27,300 nt of DNA, taken from positions 1-27,300 of IMG/VR virus record IMGVR_UViG_3300037424_000823; one strand, given 5' to 3'. Below, one piece after another: positions 18,692 through 26,878 of this stretch. The notes beneath the pieces were generated by a model that saw only the letters and a list, made by a program, of their open reading frames with translations, was not told the DNA's origin and searched no databases. The DNA is from a virus (taxonomy: Duplodnaviria > Caudoviricetes). The position numbers were made by a program, and so were the translations under genes. How positions within the stretch are numbered: the stretch's first letter is position 1; each line of letters starts with the position of its first letter.

Positions 18692-19546
18692 TTAATTAAT
18701 TTTTAAATTAGTTGCTAAATATTTATAATCAATTCCCTTTTGAGTGGATTTCTCCGGCTCTATTTTTTTACCAGTGCCTTTTGGCGGCTGATTAATTTCT
18801 TCTGTTGTAAGTGTAGGGGTTGCCGAATTACTCCCCAGTGGCACGGCAGAACCTTCAATACATTTCGCTTCTAAAACATAGCAAAACATACCGCATTCAT
18901 CTACATCCACTTTATTAGCTATTTGTGGATAGTATTTTTTCCAAGCCTCATATTCATTTGGGTAGGATTCATCATTAAAAGCATAATCCATTTTAATATA
19001 CTGCATTCCGACTGAATGGTTAACTACCCAACCATAGAAGTATTGTTTTAGCATAAATTCATTTCGCTCTTTTCGGATTAAAGAATCAAACGTTAACCCC
19101 TCAGTCATTCCCTCGAATTGGTATCCTAATTCTGCCCATGTATATGTTTTCACATAGGCCGTTAAATCCTTTCCACTCGATATAATCTTTTCAAAATCGC
19201 AGGAATCATGCTCCTGAACGTGCATAATGAACTTATTTTCCCTTAGGCTTTTATCCCACAAACCTGGTATGTGGACATCTCTATGTTTATCGAAATAATT
19301 GGTAGTATTAATAAGCACAACCACCCTCAACTGTTTTAGGTTTTCAATATCAATCTTTGGGTTATCGGATAATGCTTTGTTTGAATGTTCTTTGGATTCT
19401 TTTACAATAGTTGGTAATACAATAACGCCACAATCCACGGTTTTTTTAGCCGCTTTCTTTTGTGCCAATATTTCGGGTTTGTTTTTTACAATAAAATCAA
19501 ACATCTCTTTGCGTGTCTGAAATTCTTTGCCGTTATAATATTCCAT
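18692..19546 (-). CDS. Prohead maturation protease (HK97-type)
   Basis: DKHRDVHIPG, QEHD, HSVGM and IEGSAVPLGSN motifs; lies between portal and capsid. Confidence 0.7.
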   Translation of the reverse strand: MEYYNGKEFQTRKEMFDFIVKNKPEILAQKKAAKKTVDCGVIVLPTIVKESKEHSNKALSDNPKIDIENLKQLRVVVLINTTNYFDKHRDVHIPGLWDKSLRENKFIMHVQEHDSCDFEKIISSGKDLTAYVKTYTWAELGYQFEGMTEGLTFDSLIRKERNEFMLKQYFYGWVVNHSVGMQYIKMDYAFNDESYPNEYEAWKKYYPQIANKVDVDECGMFCYVLEAKCIEGSAVPLGSNSATPTLTTEEINQPPKGTGKKIEPEKSTQKGIDYKYLATNLKIN

Positions 19547-19551
19547 GTAGT

Positions 19552-19641
19552 TTACTTTTTAATCAAAGTTTTATTGTCAAGTTGTTTCTGCTTCAATTCC
19601 CGAAGCCTTTTAATTTCTTCTTTTGTCGGTTTTGTTTTCAT
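19552..19641 (-). CDS. Small basic hypothetical protein (29 aa), absent from the ORF track
   Basis: MKTKPTKEEIKRLRELKQKQLDNKTLIKK*; ATGA overlap with the portal stop and ends 5 bp before the protease start. Confidence 0.5.
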   Translation of the reverse strand: MKTKPTKEEIKRLRELKQKQLDNKTLIKK

Positions 19642-20987
19642 GACTGTAATATTTGTTCGTTAACTGGTTTAAAAGATTTTTCATATTCGTTTTTATACAA
19701 ATTTCCGTTAGCTATCTGAGGCTGTTCCATTAAATCAAGATACTGGTTAACTGTAATAATATTTTGATTATATGCCTTTTCAGCACTAGAAACATTCATT
19801 GACAAAGCAGCTGCCTTATCCTTAAATGCTTCTTGTAATGCCTCTATATGGGACCAATCGGTGTGTAATTCAATGCCGTATTTCCTTAATTTTAATCGAT
19901 TTGTCCAATATTGGTCTTCATTTTTTACAAGCGGAATCACTGTATTTTGATACAGTCGTCTAACCGATTGGATTTGATTTTCAAATGTTGCCCCGGTGGT
20001 ATATGTTTTGTAAAGTTCAGGCGGCACATTGAGACCGTTTGAAATTATCATTGCGTTGTTGGAAAACTCCTCATAAATACCGAGTTCCTTTGAGTTCATT
20101 ATTGTTTTAATATACTCAACATCGGCATAAGTAACCATGAATGGGTTTTGCCCCTCAGTTATTCCGTAATCCTTATTAAAAGTTTTTTCTATTTCTTCTT
20201 TTATTTTTGGATTAACAACAATCTGAGAACCTTGGGCATCTTTTGTGTTTGTTTTGATAATACCCTGCATTCCACGGGTTTTAAGAATAACATTCATAGC
20301 CTCAAATGCAAGCTGTGTATTCGTTATCGGGTATTTTAATGATACAAGTTTTGAAACGCCAATCAATCCACGCCCGATATTTGAAGTATTCAATTCGTTA
20401 AAATGGATTATATTGTCAACATTTATAAATTCACGTGGTGGGTTTTCGTTTGTGACAATGTACTTTTCAACCAATCCTTTTAGTTCTACTTGATCATAAT
20501 ATTTACCTGTTTGCCTGATTTCGGTGTATTCCGATGGTAAATTGACTATTGTTTGCACGGTCATTATATCGGTTTCAAAGGATTCAAGCGGATTATTCAG
20601 GTAAACAAAATTGTTTCCGAAAGTAAAGAACATAAAATACCGCTCGAAATTAAATTCAATGGGTGACTGGAAAGGATTTGGGGCTTCTAGGAATAGTTTT
20701 CTAAGTTTCTTTACAACCTCTGTATTTTTATCCCATGAAATTTCATTGCCTTTTATGTCGGTAATGTATTTGTTACCGTTTGATGCTGCACGGCTTAATA
20801 TGTCAATACAGCCATTTAGCACTGGGTTTGATGATACGGCCTCCCTAAGCTCATGTGGATTCGATAGGCTTAACCATGCTGGCTTGTCAATTAAGTATTG
20901 GATTCTATTGTTGGCAATTTCGGATATGTTTACACCTGCTTTTTTTAAGCTCCATTCCCCAAGTTTGTAAAAAACATTGTTTGCCAT
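19638..20987 (-). CDS. Portal protein (HK97 family)
   Basis: PNPFQS, FGNNFVY, IIHF, NVPPEL and TFEN motifs; follows the terminase. Confidence 0.88.
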   Translation of the reverse strand: MANNVFYKLGEWSLKKAGVNISEIANNRIQYLIDKPAWLSLSNPHELREAVSSNPVLNGCIDILSRAASNGNKYITDIKGNEISWDKNTEVVKKLRKLFLEAPNPFQSPIEFNFERYFMFFTFGNNFVYLNNPLESFETDIMTVQTIVNLPSEYTEIRQTGKYYDQVELKGLVEKYIVTNENPPREFINVDNIIHFNELNTSNIGRGLIGVSKLVSLKYPITNTQLAFEAMNVILKTRGMQGIIKTNTKDAQGSQIVVNPKIKEEIEKTFNKDYGITEGQNPFMVTYADVEYIKTIMNSKELGIYEEFSNNAMIISNGLNVPPELYKTYTTGATFENQIQSVRRLYQNTVIPLVKNEDQYWTNRLKLRKYGIELHTDWSHIEALQEAFKDKAAALSMNVSSAEKAYNQNIITVNQYLDLMEQPQIANGNLYKNEYEKSFKPVNEQILQS

Positions 20988-21010
20988 AGAGATGTGTTAT
21001 ATAACATCTG

Positions 21011-21018
21011 CAAAATTA
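21011..21018 (-). promoter_or_regulatory. Bacteroidota-type -7 promoter element upstream of the portal gene
   Basis: TAATTTTG on the minus strand, 23 bp upstream of the portal ATG. Confidence 0.45.
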
Positions 21019-21081
21019 TAACATTATTCCACAATAAAAAAATAAATATGTTTTAAAACACATTAGATAATTTGGATACAC

Positions 21082-21109
21082 AAAAAAGCAACTCGGACTG
21101 GAGTGGCTT
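21082..21109 (-). terminator. Possible terminator after the terminase large subunit
   Basis: Imperfect hairpin AAGCAACTC-N6-GAGTGGCTT with a minus-strand T-tract. Confidence 0.35.
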
Positions 21110-21160
21110 AGTTGTGTTATTGATAGTAAATATTACTATGGTTGTATGTTTTACGGAAGG

Positions 21161-22540
21161 TTATTCATTAAACAATCCGTAATATTTTTCTAAGTGTTCA
21201 AATCCTAACGTGATTGAATCGGGGGCATCATCTTCTTTGCTCGCTATTTTTACTATTCGATAACATTGATCTAAAAAGTTGAGGGTTTCTTTGTTTGGTT
21301 TTTCGGGTACATGTAGATATTTCGATACAAGCCCAGAATAAACGTTAATTCTAGCCATTTTGTTTGAACTATTCCATTTACCGAAAACGTCCATATTTGG
21401 CATCAATGTAATAAGCCTATTTTTAAAATAATTGCCTACATGGTTTGTCTCAATAACTATCAATTTAACATTGTGTTCCTTGCATTTCAAGCGGACTATT
21501 TCTTCCTGCTCTATTATTTGGTCAGGGCTAAATATAACATCAAGCAAATAGATATTGATGCCAACTATCTGGACTATCGGCGCTGAAAAAAGGTCGCTAC
21601 CTTTATCGGCGGTATCAATGAACATAGCTGCCCATCCTTGGTTTATTATTGATTCTTTGCCGTTTTCATTAATCAACTCTTTAGGAAGTTCACTGTAAGT
21701 CTTGAATTTATTTGGATAAACAAGCCCCTCAATAGCCATAGGCGATTGCATGTATTCGGAATTCCAAATGAATTTAGCTATTTTGTCACGGATTTTCAAA
21801 TATTCATCTGTGCTTTTAACATATTCGCAAAATGAATGTTCATCAATTAATGCTGGGATTATGATTGATTTGTAAAGTAAACCTGAATCCATTTCAGTTC
21901 CGATAATATCATCTTTTACCCATCTCGTTCCGATAAATATTTCCGGGCAGTTTTTTTCTTTTCGGCTATCGTGTGCCGATTCTTTCCAAAGCTTCACAGA
22001 TGTGTTTGTTGTTTGTGACAAAGCATCTTGCATGGATTTATAAAGGTCATCAGTAATTGCTATGTTTGCTCCGAATCCTATAATAGTACCGCCAACCCCG
22101 CTGCCAAAATAGCCTACCTGTTTTGATGTTTCTAAATTCCAACCGTCAAGATTCTGCTTGTCTCCCTGCATTTTTATCTCAGGAAATACCTCTTTGAATT
22201 TTATTGATTTGATTATGTTTCGAGTGTCGTAACTAAACTTTTGATACAATGTTGATGTGCAGGAATTTCGCATTACCGATAATTCAGGAAACTTCGCTAA
22301 CCAAAAAGCGGCAAATAATGAGGTTATGTAAGATTTTCCAGCTCGTGGCGGCATTGATACGGATACGCTTATTGCAATTCCATTTTTATAATTGTCGATT
22401 ACTTCTTGAAACAATATAGCAACCTCTTTTAAAAATCGCCTTTTAACTCTAAAAAAATCCTCATCGTAATAAACACAAAACGCCCAAAAATTTGAGCGTG
22501 CAAGTGATATTGAAATCGGATTATCTTTAAAGGTTTTCAA
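21161..22540 (-). CDS. terL: Terminase large subunit
   Basis: Walker A-like MPPRAGKS, Walker B ITDD, GTRW, YMQSP, and nuclease motifs IDTA and DDAPDS. Confidence 0.92.
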   Translation of the reverse strand: MKTFKDNPISISLARSNFWAFCVYYDEDFFRVKRRFLKEVAILFQEVIDNYKNGIAISVSVSMPPRAGKSYITSLFAAFWLAKFPELSVMRNSCTSTLYQKFSYDTRNIIKSIKFKEVFPEIKMQGDKQNLDGWNLETSKQVGYFGSGVGGTIIGFGANIAITDDLYKSMQDALSQTTNTSVKLWKESAHDSRKEKNCPEIFIGTRWVKDDIIGTEMDSGLLYKSIIIPALIDEHSFCEYVKSTDEYLKIRDKIAKFIWNSEYMQSPMAIEGLVYPNKFKTYSELPKELINENGKESIINQGWAAMFIDTADKGSDLFSAPIVQIVGINIYLLDVIFSPDQIIEQEEIVRLKCKEHNVKLIVIETNHVGNYFKNRLITLMPNMDVFGKWNSSNKMARINVYSGLVSKYLHVPEKPNKETLNFLDQCYRIVKIASKEDDAPDSITLGFEHLEKYYGLFNE

Positions 22541-22931
22541 TTGCTTTATCTATTTGTTTCTTTGTTAAATTTAAGGGTGTTGTTTTTATTTCTCCTGAAT
22601 GTTCATATTTTTGGTCAGGTTTACCGATTCCCCTATCCAGTATCTTTTCTATAACGTCAAAACCTTTGCCTCCCAAAATAGCTTTTCCAACTATCCTAAT
22701 CAAAGCAGGTTGAGTGCCATCTTTTACTTTTGCTTCAAGTTCTGGTATTGGGATTTGTACTAACCTTAGATAGCAGGAAATTATATCGTTTTTGGTAGCC
22801 TCGGTATATCCAAGCCCTTCTAGTTCGATATTGACGGCTGAAATGGTTTTCCTGTTAGCCCCTGTTTTGTTGATGTTTTGGGGGTTTTTATCAAATCCTT
22901 TGCCTTTTATTTTGTCTGGATTACCTCGCAT
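22527..22931 (-). CDS. terS: Terminase small subunit
   Basis: GFDKNPQNINKTG N-terminus and LDRGIGKP...EHSGEI C-terminus; overlaps the terL start. Confidence 0.7.
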   Translation of the reverse strand: MRGNPDKIKGKGFDKNPQNINKTGANRKTISAVNIELEGLGYTEATKNDIISCYLRLVQIPIPELEAKVKDGTQPALIRIVGKAILGGKGFDVIEKILDRGIGKPDQKYEHSGEIKTTPLNLTKKQIDKAIENL

Positions 22932-22954
22932 TGCTTTTACATTGCTTTGAACTA

Positions 22955-22999
22955 CAAAGTTAGTTGATTATTCGTTATCCCATATCGTCTGCAAATTTA
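22955..22999 (-). promoter_or_regulatory. Two Bacteroidota-type -7 elements upstream of terS
   Basis: TAACTTTG (22955-22962) and TAAATTTG (22992-22999) on the minus strand. Confidence 0.4.
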
Positions 23000-23101
23000 A
23001 CTATTTTTTGAATAAAACACCATTTTTGTAACTATTTAATTGTTAGTTGATTAGTCAACTTTGCTCAGTGGGTGGATACCTTGTTTTTAAATTTTTATAA
23101 T

Positions 23102-23332
23102 TTAAGCAAATTTAGTGAATTTCTTCCTTATAATGACAAAAATACAATTAAATGGGACCTCAAAAATATTATAAATCTGTTTTCTTATATCAATAATATT
23201 ACAATCTATTGAACAATTAGCAATCAGTTTACCATTATTTTTAATGTCTGACGAATTCAATAATTTTGATAATTCATTCATTTTTGAAAATGAAGCATTA
23301 TTTGTTAAAATAATAACTTTAGTGAGTATCAT
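23102..23332 (-). CDS. Hypothetical protein
   Basis: 76-aa ORF, very AT-rich, no recognised motif. Confidence 0.4.
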   Translation of the reverse strand: MILTKVIILTNNASFSKMNELSKLLNSSDIKNNGKLIANCSIDCNIIDIRKQIYNIFEVPFNCIFVIIRKKFTKFA

Positions 23333-23418
23333 AGTTTTATATTATCATTTATAATACATATACATCTATTTTAAACGGGAATAGTATGGTTTTGTCATAC
23401 ATAGCAGAGAGTTATGCC

Positions 23419-23847
23419 TCATGCTAAAATAGCTCCGTGCATTATGACAAAATACAATTTGTTTGGCTCTGCTCCCCATTCAGAATTGCCAGTTCTTATT
23501 TCAATCCCTTTGTGTTCGAGTTTCAAAATTCGTTCAGTATCTCCATTTTTAGGATAACCTAATGTCATTATGTTAACTTCAAACTTTTTAGCCATTAACA
23601 TTTTCCATTCATTAGGTGGGGCTAAAATATCATTTAGACTATCGGATAAGTTTCGGTAACACTCTCCACATTGGACAAGTCTTTTCCACCAGTATTGATT
23701 TATCTCTCTGTAATCCTCTGTTTTTATGCCAGCTTTAGTCATTTCAAACCATTTAGTTTTTAGCGAAAGACGTAAGCACGAAGGCATAACCGCACCTATA
23801 CGCAAAATGGGGGTTTCGTTCTCGTTGGATAGTATTTCTGTGTTCAT
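23419..23847 (-). CDS. ASCH/PUA-like domain protein (cassette 1)
   Basis: LRLSLKTKWFEMTKAGIKTEDYRE matches the ASCH-type L.h...wf..h..G.K..E.R signature. Confidence 0.65.
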   Translation of the reverse strand: MNTEILSNENETPILRIGAVMPSCLRLSLKTKWFEMTKAGIKTEDYREINQYWWKRLVQCGECYRNLSDSLNDILAPPNEWKMLMAKKFEVNIMTLGYPKNGDTERILKLEHKGIEIRTGNSEWGAEPNKLYFVIMHGAILA

Positions 23848-23918
23848 AATTTCGTTATTCGTTTAAGTTTTGTGGATGCAATCCCCATTCAGCGCATAGC
23901 TGCAACACGTTATAAGCC
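23783..23918 (+). repeat. attC-like site 1
   Basis: GGCATAAC...GCACCTATACGCAAAATGGGG / CCCCATTCAGCGCATAGCTGC (17/21 paired)...GTTATAAGCC. Confidence 0.8.
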
Positions 23919-23921
23919 ATA

Positions 23922-24062
23922 TTAAGACGGCTTCGATTTAGAATTTTCGACAAGTTTTTTAAGTTCGTCCTGAATAAAGTTTTTTAGGTCTTTATCTTGG
24001 TCAATAGCCAGCTTTTTTAAGTCTTTAACTATTTCGTCCGATATGTCTATTACTTTACGCAT
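23922..24062 (-). CDS. Ribbon-helix-helix-like DNA-binding protein, 46 aa (cassette 2), absent from the ORF track
   Basis: MRKVIDISDEIVKDLKKLAIDQDKDLKNFIQDELKKLVENSKSKPS has the CopG/Arc-like strand-helix-helix pattern. Confidence 0.65.
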   Translation of the reverse strand: MRKVIDISDEIVKDLKKLAIDQDKDLKNFIQDELKKLVENSKSKPS

Positions 24063-24227
24063 TTATTTAATGGTTGTATGTGAAACATTTGCTAATGGGA
24101 ACATTTTTACAGTTTTTACAAAATGTTCCGCTTTTTTAACTTTTATTTCAAATCTATTATCCACTAATCTAACAATTGCGGAAATTCCTTCCGATTTTAA
24201 TTGTTCTCTTACTTCAATTGTACTCAT
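24063..24227 (-). CDS. Small hypothetical protein, 54 aa (cassette 2), absent from the ORF track
   Basis: MSTIEVREQLKSEGISAIVRLVDNRFEIKVKK...; its TAA abuts the ATG of the RHH-like gene. Confidence 0.6.
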   Translation of the reverse strand: MSTIEVREQLKSEGISAIVRLVDNRFEIKVKKAEHFVKTVKMFPLANVSHTTIK

Positions 24228-24348
24228 AATCGTGTGTTTTATTTGTTATTAATTATGAAGTAAAGATATACTATATATATGATATATACAAGTAAAAAGC
24301 GATTTATTTTTAAATTATTTTTCTTTCAATTGATAATCAAATAAATAC

Positions 24349-24483
24349 GGCTTATAACACCGTATATAAAAAATAGCGGGTTTAGTGCCGTTTGCAAGGT
24401 TCGTACTCGTATTATCTGTTATCATAGCTTGATAGTTTTTCGCTTCGTAGTCCGCTACTTTTCATATACGAAACGTTGGGTGC
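24349..24483 (+). repeat. attC-like site 2
   Basis: GGCTTATAAC-AC-CGTATATAAAAAATAGCGG / CCGCTACTTTTCATATACG-AAAC-GTTGGGTGC (17/19 paired). Confidence 0.85.
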
Positions 24484-24510
24484 AAGCATAAGAACCTGCC
24501 CCGTTCAAAC

Positions 24511-24732
24511 TTAGTTACTTGGTTTAGTTTCCAAGCTCGCCAAAACTTCCATTGGAACAATATCGGATGAATGTTTCCAATACTTATTTCCGTTCATATT
24601 TTGGATTTTAACCCAATTACCACTTGGAGAAATTTCGAGAATTTTAATTTCTTCAACTGTTTGTTTTGAATTGTAACCACGTTCTTTTTCGGCTACCAAT
24701 ACTCTTTTGTGTAAAAATTCGCTTAAATTCAT
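24511..24732 (-). CDS. Hypothetical protein, small beta-barrel-like (cassette 3)
   Basis: 73-aa ORF filling the unit between sites 2 and 3. Confidence 0.7.
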   Translation of the reverse strand: MNLSEFLHKRVLVAEKERGYNSKQTVEEIKILEISPSGNWVKIQNMNGNKYWKHSSDIVPMEVLASLETKPSN

Positions 24733-24755
24733 TGTTTTATGTTTTAAAAATGCCA

Positions 24756-24888
24756 GCCCCTAACAATGTATACAGCAAATTGGGGGTTGTTTACAAGTTG
24801 CTACATTCGCACTATTTATTTAGTTTCTACAAGTTGATAGGTTCGTGCGTTCTATCCCCCAACTTGCCATATACTTAACGTTAGGCGT
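24756..24888 (+). repeat. attC-like site 3
   Basis: GCCCCTAAC-AAT-GTATACAGCAAATTGGGGG / CCCCCAACTTGCCATATAC-TTAAC-GTTAGGCGT (16/19 paired). Confidence 0.85.
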
Positions 24889-25348
24889 AATAAAAACCAC
24901 GTTCACCAATCCAGTGCAATTCTTTAATGTCTAATATTTCAAATTCAATTGGATTAGTAGTGATAATAATATTATCATCCATAGGCTTTGAATTAAGCCA
25001 ATAACTCGGACAATTTCTGTTACTTGTATGTACATTCAACTTAAATCCACATACTATTTTAGTCCCTGAATCTTTAAGTTTTCGCCAAAGCAAATTCATT
25101 AATGATTTATCCTCATTTTCTGAACTTAAAAAATATAAATCGCTATCATTGTATTTCACGAAATCATGTAGTTCTATCAATGGTACATCTATCATTTTTT
25201 CTTTGCCATTTTTTAAGTCCTTAAATTTGACTTGTACCGTTTGTTTTTCGTAATAATCTAAAGGCATATTTTCATCCTTTATATTTTCATAGTAGTAATC
25301 CATTTGGCTTACTTCATATTTTCCTATTCTATTTGACCAACCGCCCAT
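24881..25348 (-). CDS. Hypothetical protein (cassette 4)
   Basis: Fills the unit between sites 3 and 4. ATG at 25348 (TTG at 25357 is an alternative); the stop codon overlaps the GTTA core of site 3. Confidence 0.7.
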   Translation of the reverse strand: MGGWSNRIGKYEVSQMDYYYENIKDENMPLDYYEKQTVQVKFKDLKNGKEKMIDVPLIELHDFVKYNDSDLYFLSSENEDKSLMNLLWRKLKDSGTKIVCGFKLNVHTSNRNCPSYWLNSKPMDDNIIITTNPIEFEILDIKELHWIGERGFYYA

Positions 25349-25362
25349 GATTAACAATTTAC

Positions 25363-25498
25363 TACGCCTAACACATGCTATAAAAAATAGCGGTTTTAGT
25401 GGTTTGCGTAAGGTTTATACTACTATTTATCTTTACTATATTTTGATAGTTTTGTTCCTCGATTTCCGCTACTTTTCATAGCATCAACGTTGTAGGTA
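25363..25498 (+). repeat. attC-like site 4
   Basis: TACGCCTAAC-AC-ATGCTATAAAAAATAGCGG / CCGCTACTTTTCATAGCAT-CAAC-GTTGTAGGTA (17/19 paired). Confidence 0.85.
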
Positions 25499-25502
25499 AT
25501 AG

Positions 25503-25781
25503 CTATTCAGGGTTAAGTTCCTTAAATAACTTATCTATGTTTTCGGGTTTTGTAAATAAATCATTGACCCCAGTCAGCACTCTTACAACTGTATATAATG
25601 CTCGTAGGTAGTCAGCTCTATCATTGAAGTAAATTGCGGAAACTGCTGCATTGAGTGCTTCCTTACTTGCATCGCTACTACCTACAACACCAAATAAAAC
25701 AAATAGCCTGTCTTTAGCTTCTTGTTTGCTTATTTCGTGCTTGCAAAGCTTATCTATAATCGAATCTATTTTCTTTTCCAT
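25503..25781 (-). CDS. Hypothetical protein (cassette 5), N-terminus encoded within site 5
   Basis: 92-aa ORF whose ATG at 25781 lies in the loop of site 5. Confidence 0.65.
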   Translation of the reverse strand: MEKKIDSIIDKLCKHEISKQEAKDRLFVLFGVVGSSDASKEALNAAVSAIYFNDRADYLRALYTVVRVLTGVNDLFTKPENIDKLFKELNPE

Positions 25782-25817
25782 ACGGCTACTGTTTTTATTT
25801 ATGGAAACGTTAGTAGC
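25679..25817 (+). repeat. attC-like site 5
   Basis: TACCTACAAC-ACC-AAATAAAACAAATAGCC / GGCTACTGTTTTTATTT-ATGGAAAC-GTTAGTAGC; less regular stem than the others. Confidence 0.75.
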
Positions 25818-25904
25818 AAGCGGGGAAAAGTGCTTCGATTCAAACTTTCTGCGTAATTGAAAGAAAAAATAAAAGCCCCACCCACTTTGCTTTTTTCAAA
25901 AGCA

Positions 25905-26123
25905 TTAGGTTTTTAACTCCTGTGCTTTATTTAAGTACCATTGTTCTTTTGCTAAATCCTGTTTTACATCGTCCTTATGTCCAAGCCTCATTCTATATTT
26001 AAAAGCATTCATTAGGCAAAAATCAATAGCTTTTTCTTTGCCCCAAATTGCCACCATCATATCAATAACCTCAATAGGATATTGGTTATAATGTTTTGGA
26101 TGGTTTACTTTTTCTTCGCTCAT
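25905..26123 (-). CDS. DUF3310-like protein (SaV / T7 gp1.7 nucleotide-kinase-like) (cassette 6)
   Basis: VNHPKHY...IEVID...N..KY..R.G.K....DL.K..WYL family signature; probable start MSEEK at 26123. Confidence 0.8.
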   Translation of the reverse strand: MSEEKVNHPKHYNQYPIEVIDMMVAIWGKEKAIDFCLMNAFKYRMRLGHKDDVKQDLAKEQWYLNKAQELKT

Positions 26124-26124
26124 A

Positions 26125-26796
26125 TTAGTAAGTAATATCGTTAAACACAACGGGAATAATTGCTTTCAATTCATCCAAAAGTGGACACATCAATTCACGC
26201 ATTTGCGGGTGTGCTACTTTTGCGGTTCGTTGTTTAAAAATGGTTCTCCACTCTCTAATATTAGCGGTTACAACTATTTCCGTTTTTAAAGAGTTTGGCA
26301 AAACTGAACGAGCTTGTTGTGGTTGCCATCCAAGTTTTGAAAGTAAATTATAAGCCTGTTCACTTTCTGAAATTGAAGCATACCATGCTTTTGTTGTATC
26401 TTCAACTTGCATGTAATTCTTTTCATTCATTCTTTGCACCAATTTAATTTGCTCATCACTTATCCAAAGCGGTTGAATAAATGTAATTTTGCTTTCAAAT
26501 TTGTCTTTTGCATAGTTGCAATATCTTGTACTTTCCTGTGAAAAACTTGCAATTCTATGTCTTACAATTTCGTGAGAAACTCCACGGTCGCAAACAAATA
26601 AAATGCTTATTTTTTCGTGCTCTAAAACGCTTTCGTGTCCACGTTCCACAAGCATTTTAATAAACTTTTCTGCACTTTCGTCTGTTATTTGGTCTTCACT
26701 CTTATAACAAGTACGCCCAGCACGTTCAATGCTTTTTAGCATTTCTTTACCGTCAAATTTTGACAGGATTTCATAACTCTGTTTAATAATTTTCAT
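26125..26796 (-). CDS. thyX: Flavin-dependent thymidylate synthase (cassette 6)
   Basis: GHESVLEH, RGVSHEIVRHRIASFSQESTRY (ThyX RHRX7S motif) and ARSVLP; probable start MKIIKQ at 26796. Confidence 0.95.
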   Translation of the reverse strand: MKIIKQSYEILSKFDGKEMLKSIERAGRTCYKSEDQITDESAEKFIKMLVERGHESVLEHEKISILFVCDRGVSHEIVRHRIASFSQESTRYCNYAKDKFESKITFIQPLWISDEQIKLVQRMNEKNYMQVEDTTKAWYASISESEQAYNLLSKLGWQPQQARSVLPNSLKTEIVVTANIREWRTIFKQRTAKVAHPQMRELMCPLLDELKAIIPVVFNDITY

Positions 26797-26878
26797 ATAA
26801 TTTGTTTTAAAAAAAATTGCCCACACTTCGCTTTTATTTTTTGTGCTTCGAGTTGGGGTAGTGGGTTTAAATCCGCCA

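Noticed and set aside
23000-23410. An additional cassette around ORF 23102-23332
   Set aside because: No matching GTT/AAC complementary ends or ~19-bp stem were found flanking it.
1362-25860. Plus-strand ORFs in the track (e.g. 1362-1640, 10518-10748, 14516-15309, 20611-20970, 24043-24252, 24666-24878, 25651-25860) and nested 8894-9145
   Set aside because: They overlap well-supported minus-strand genes or the palindromic sites and carry no recognisable motifs; treated as shadow ORFs.
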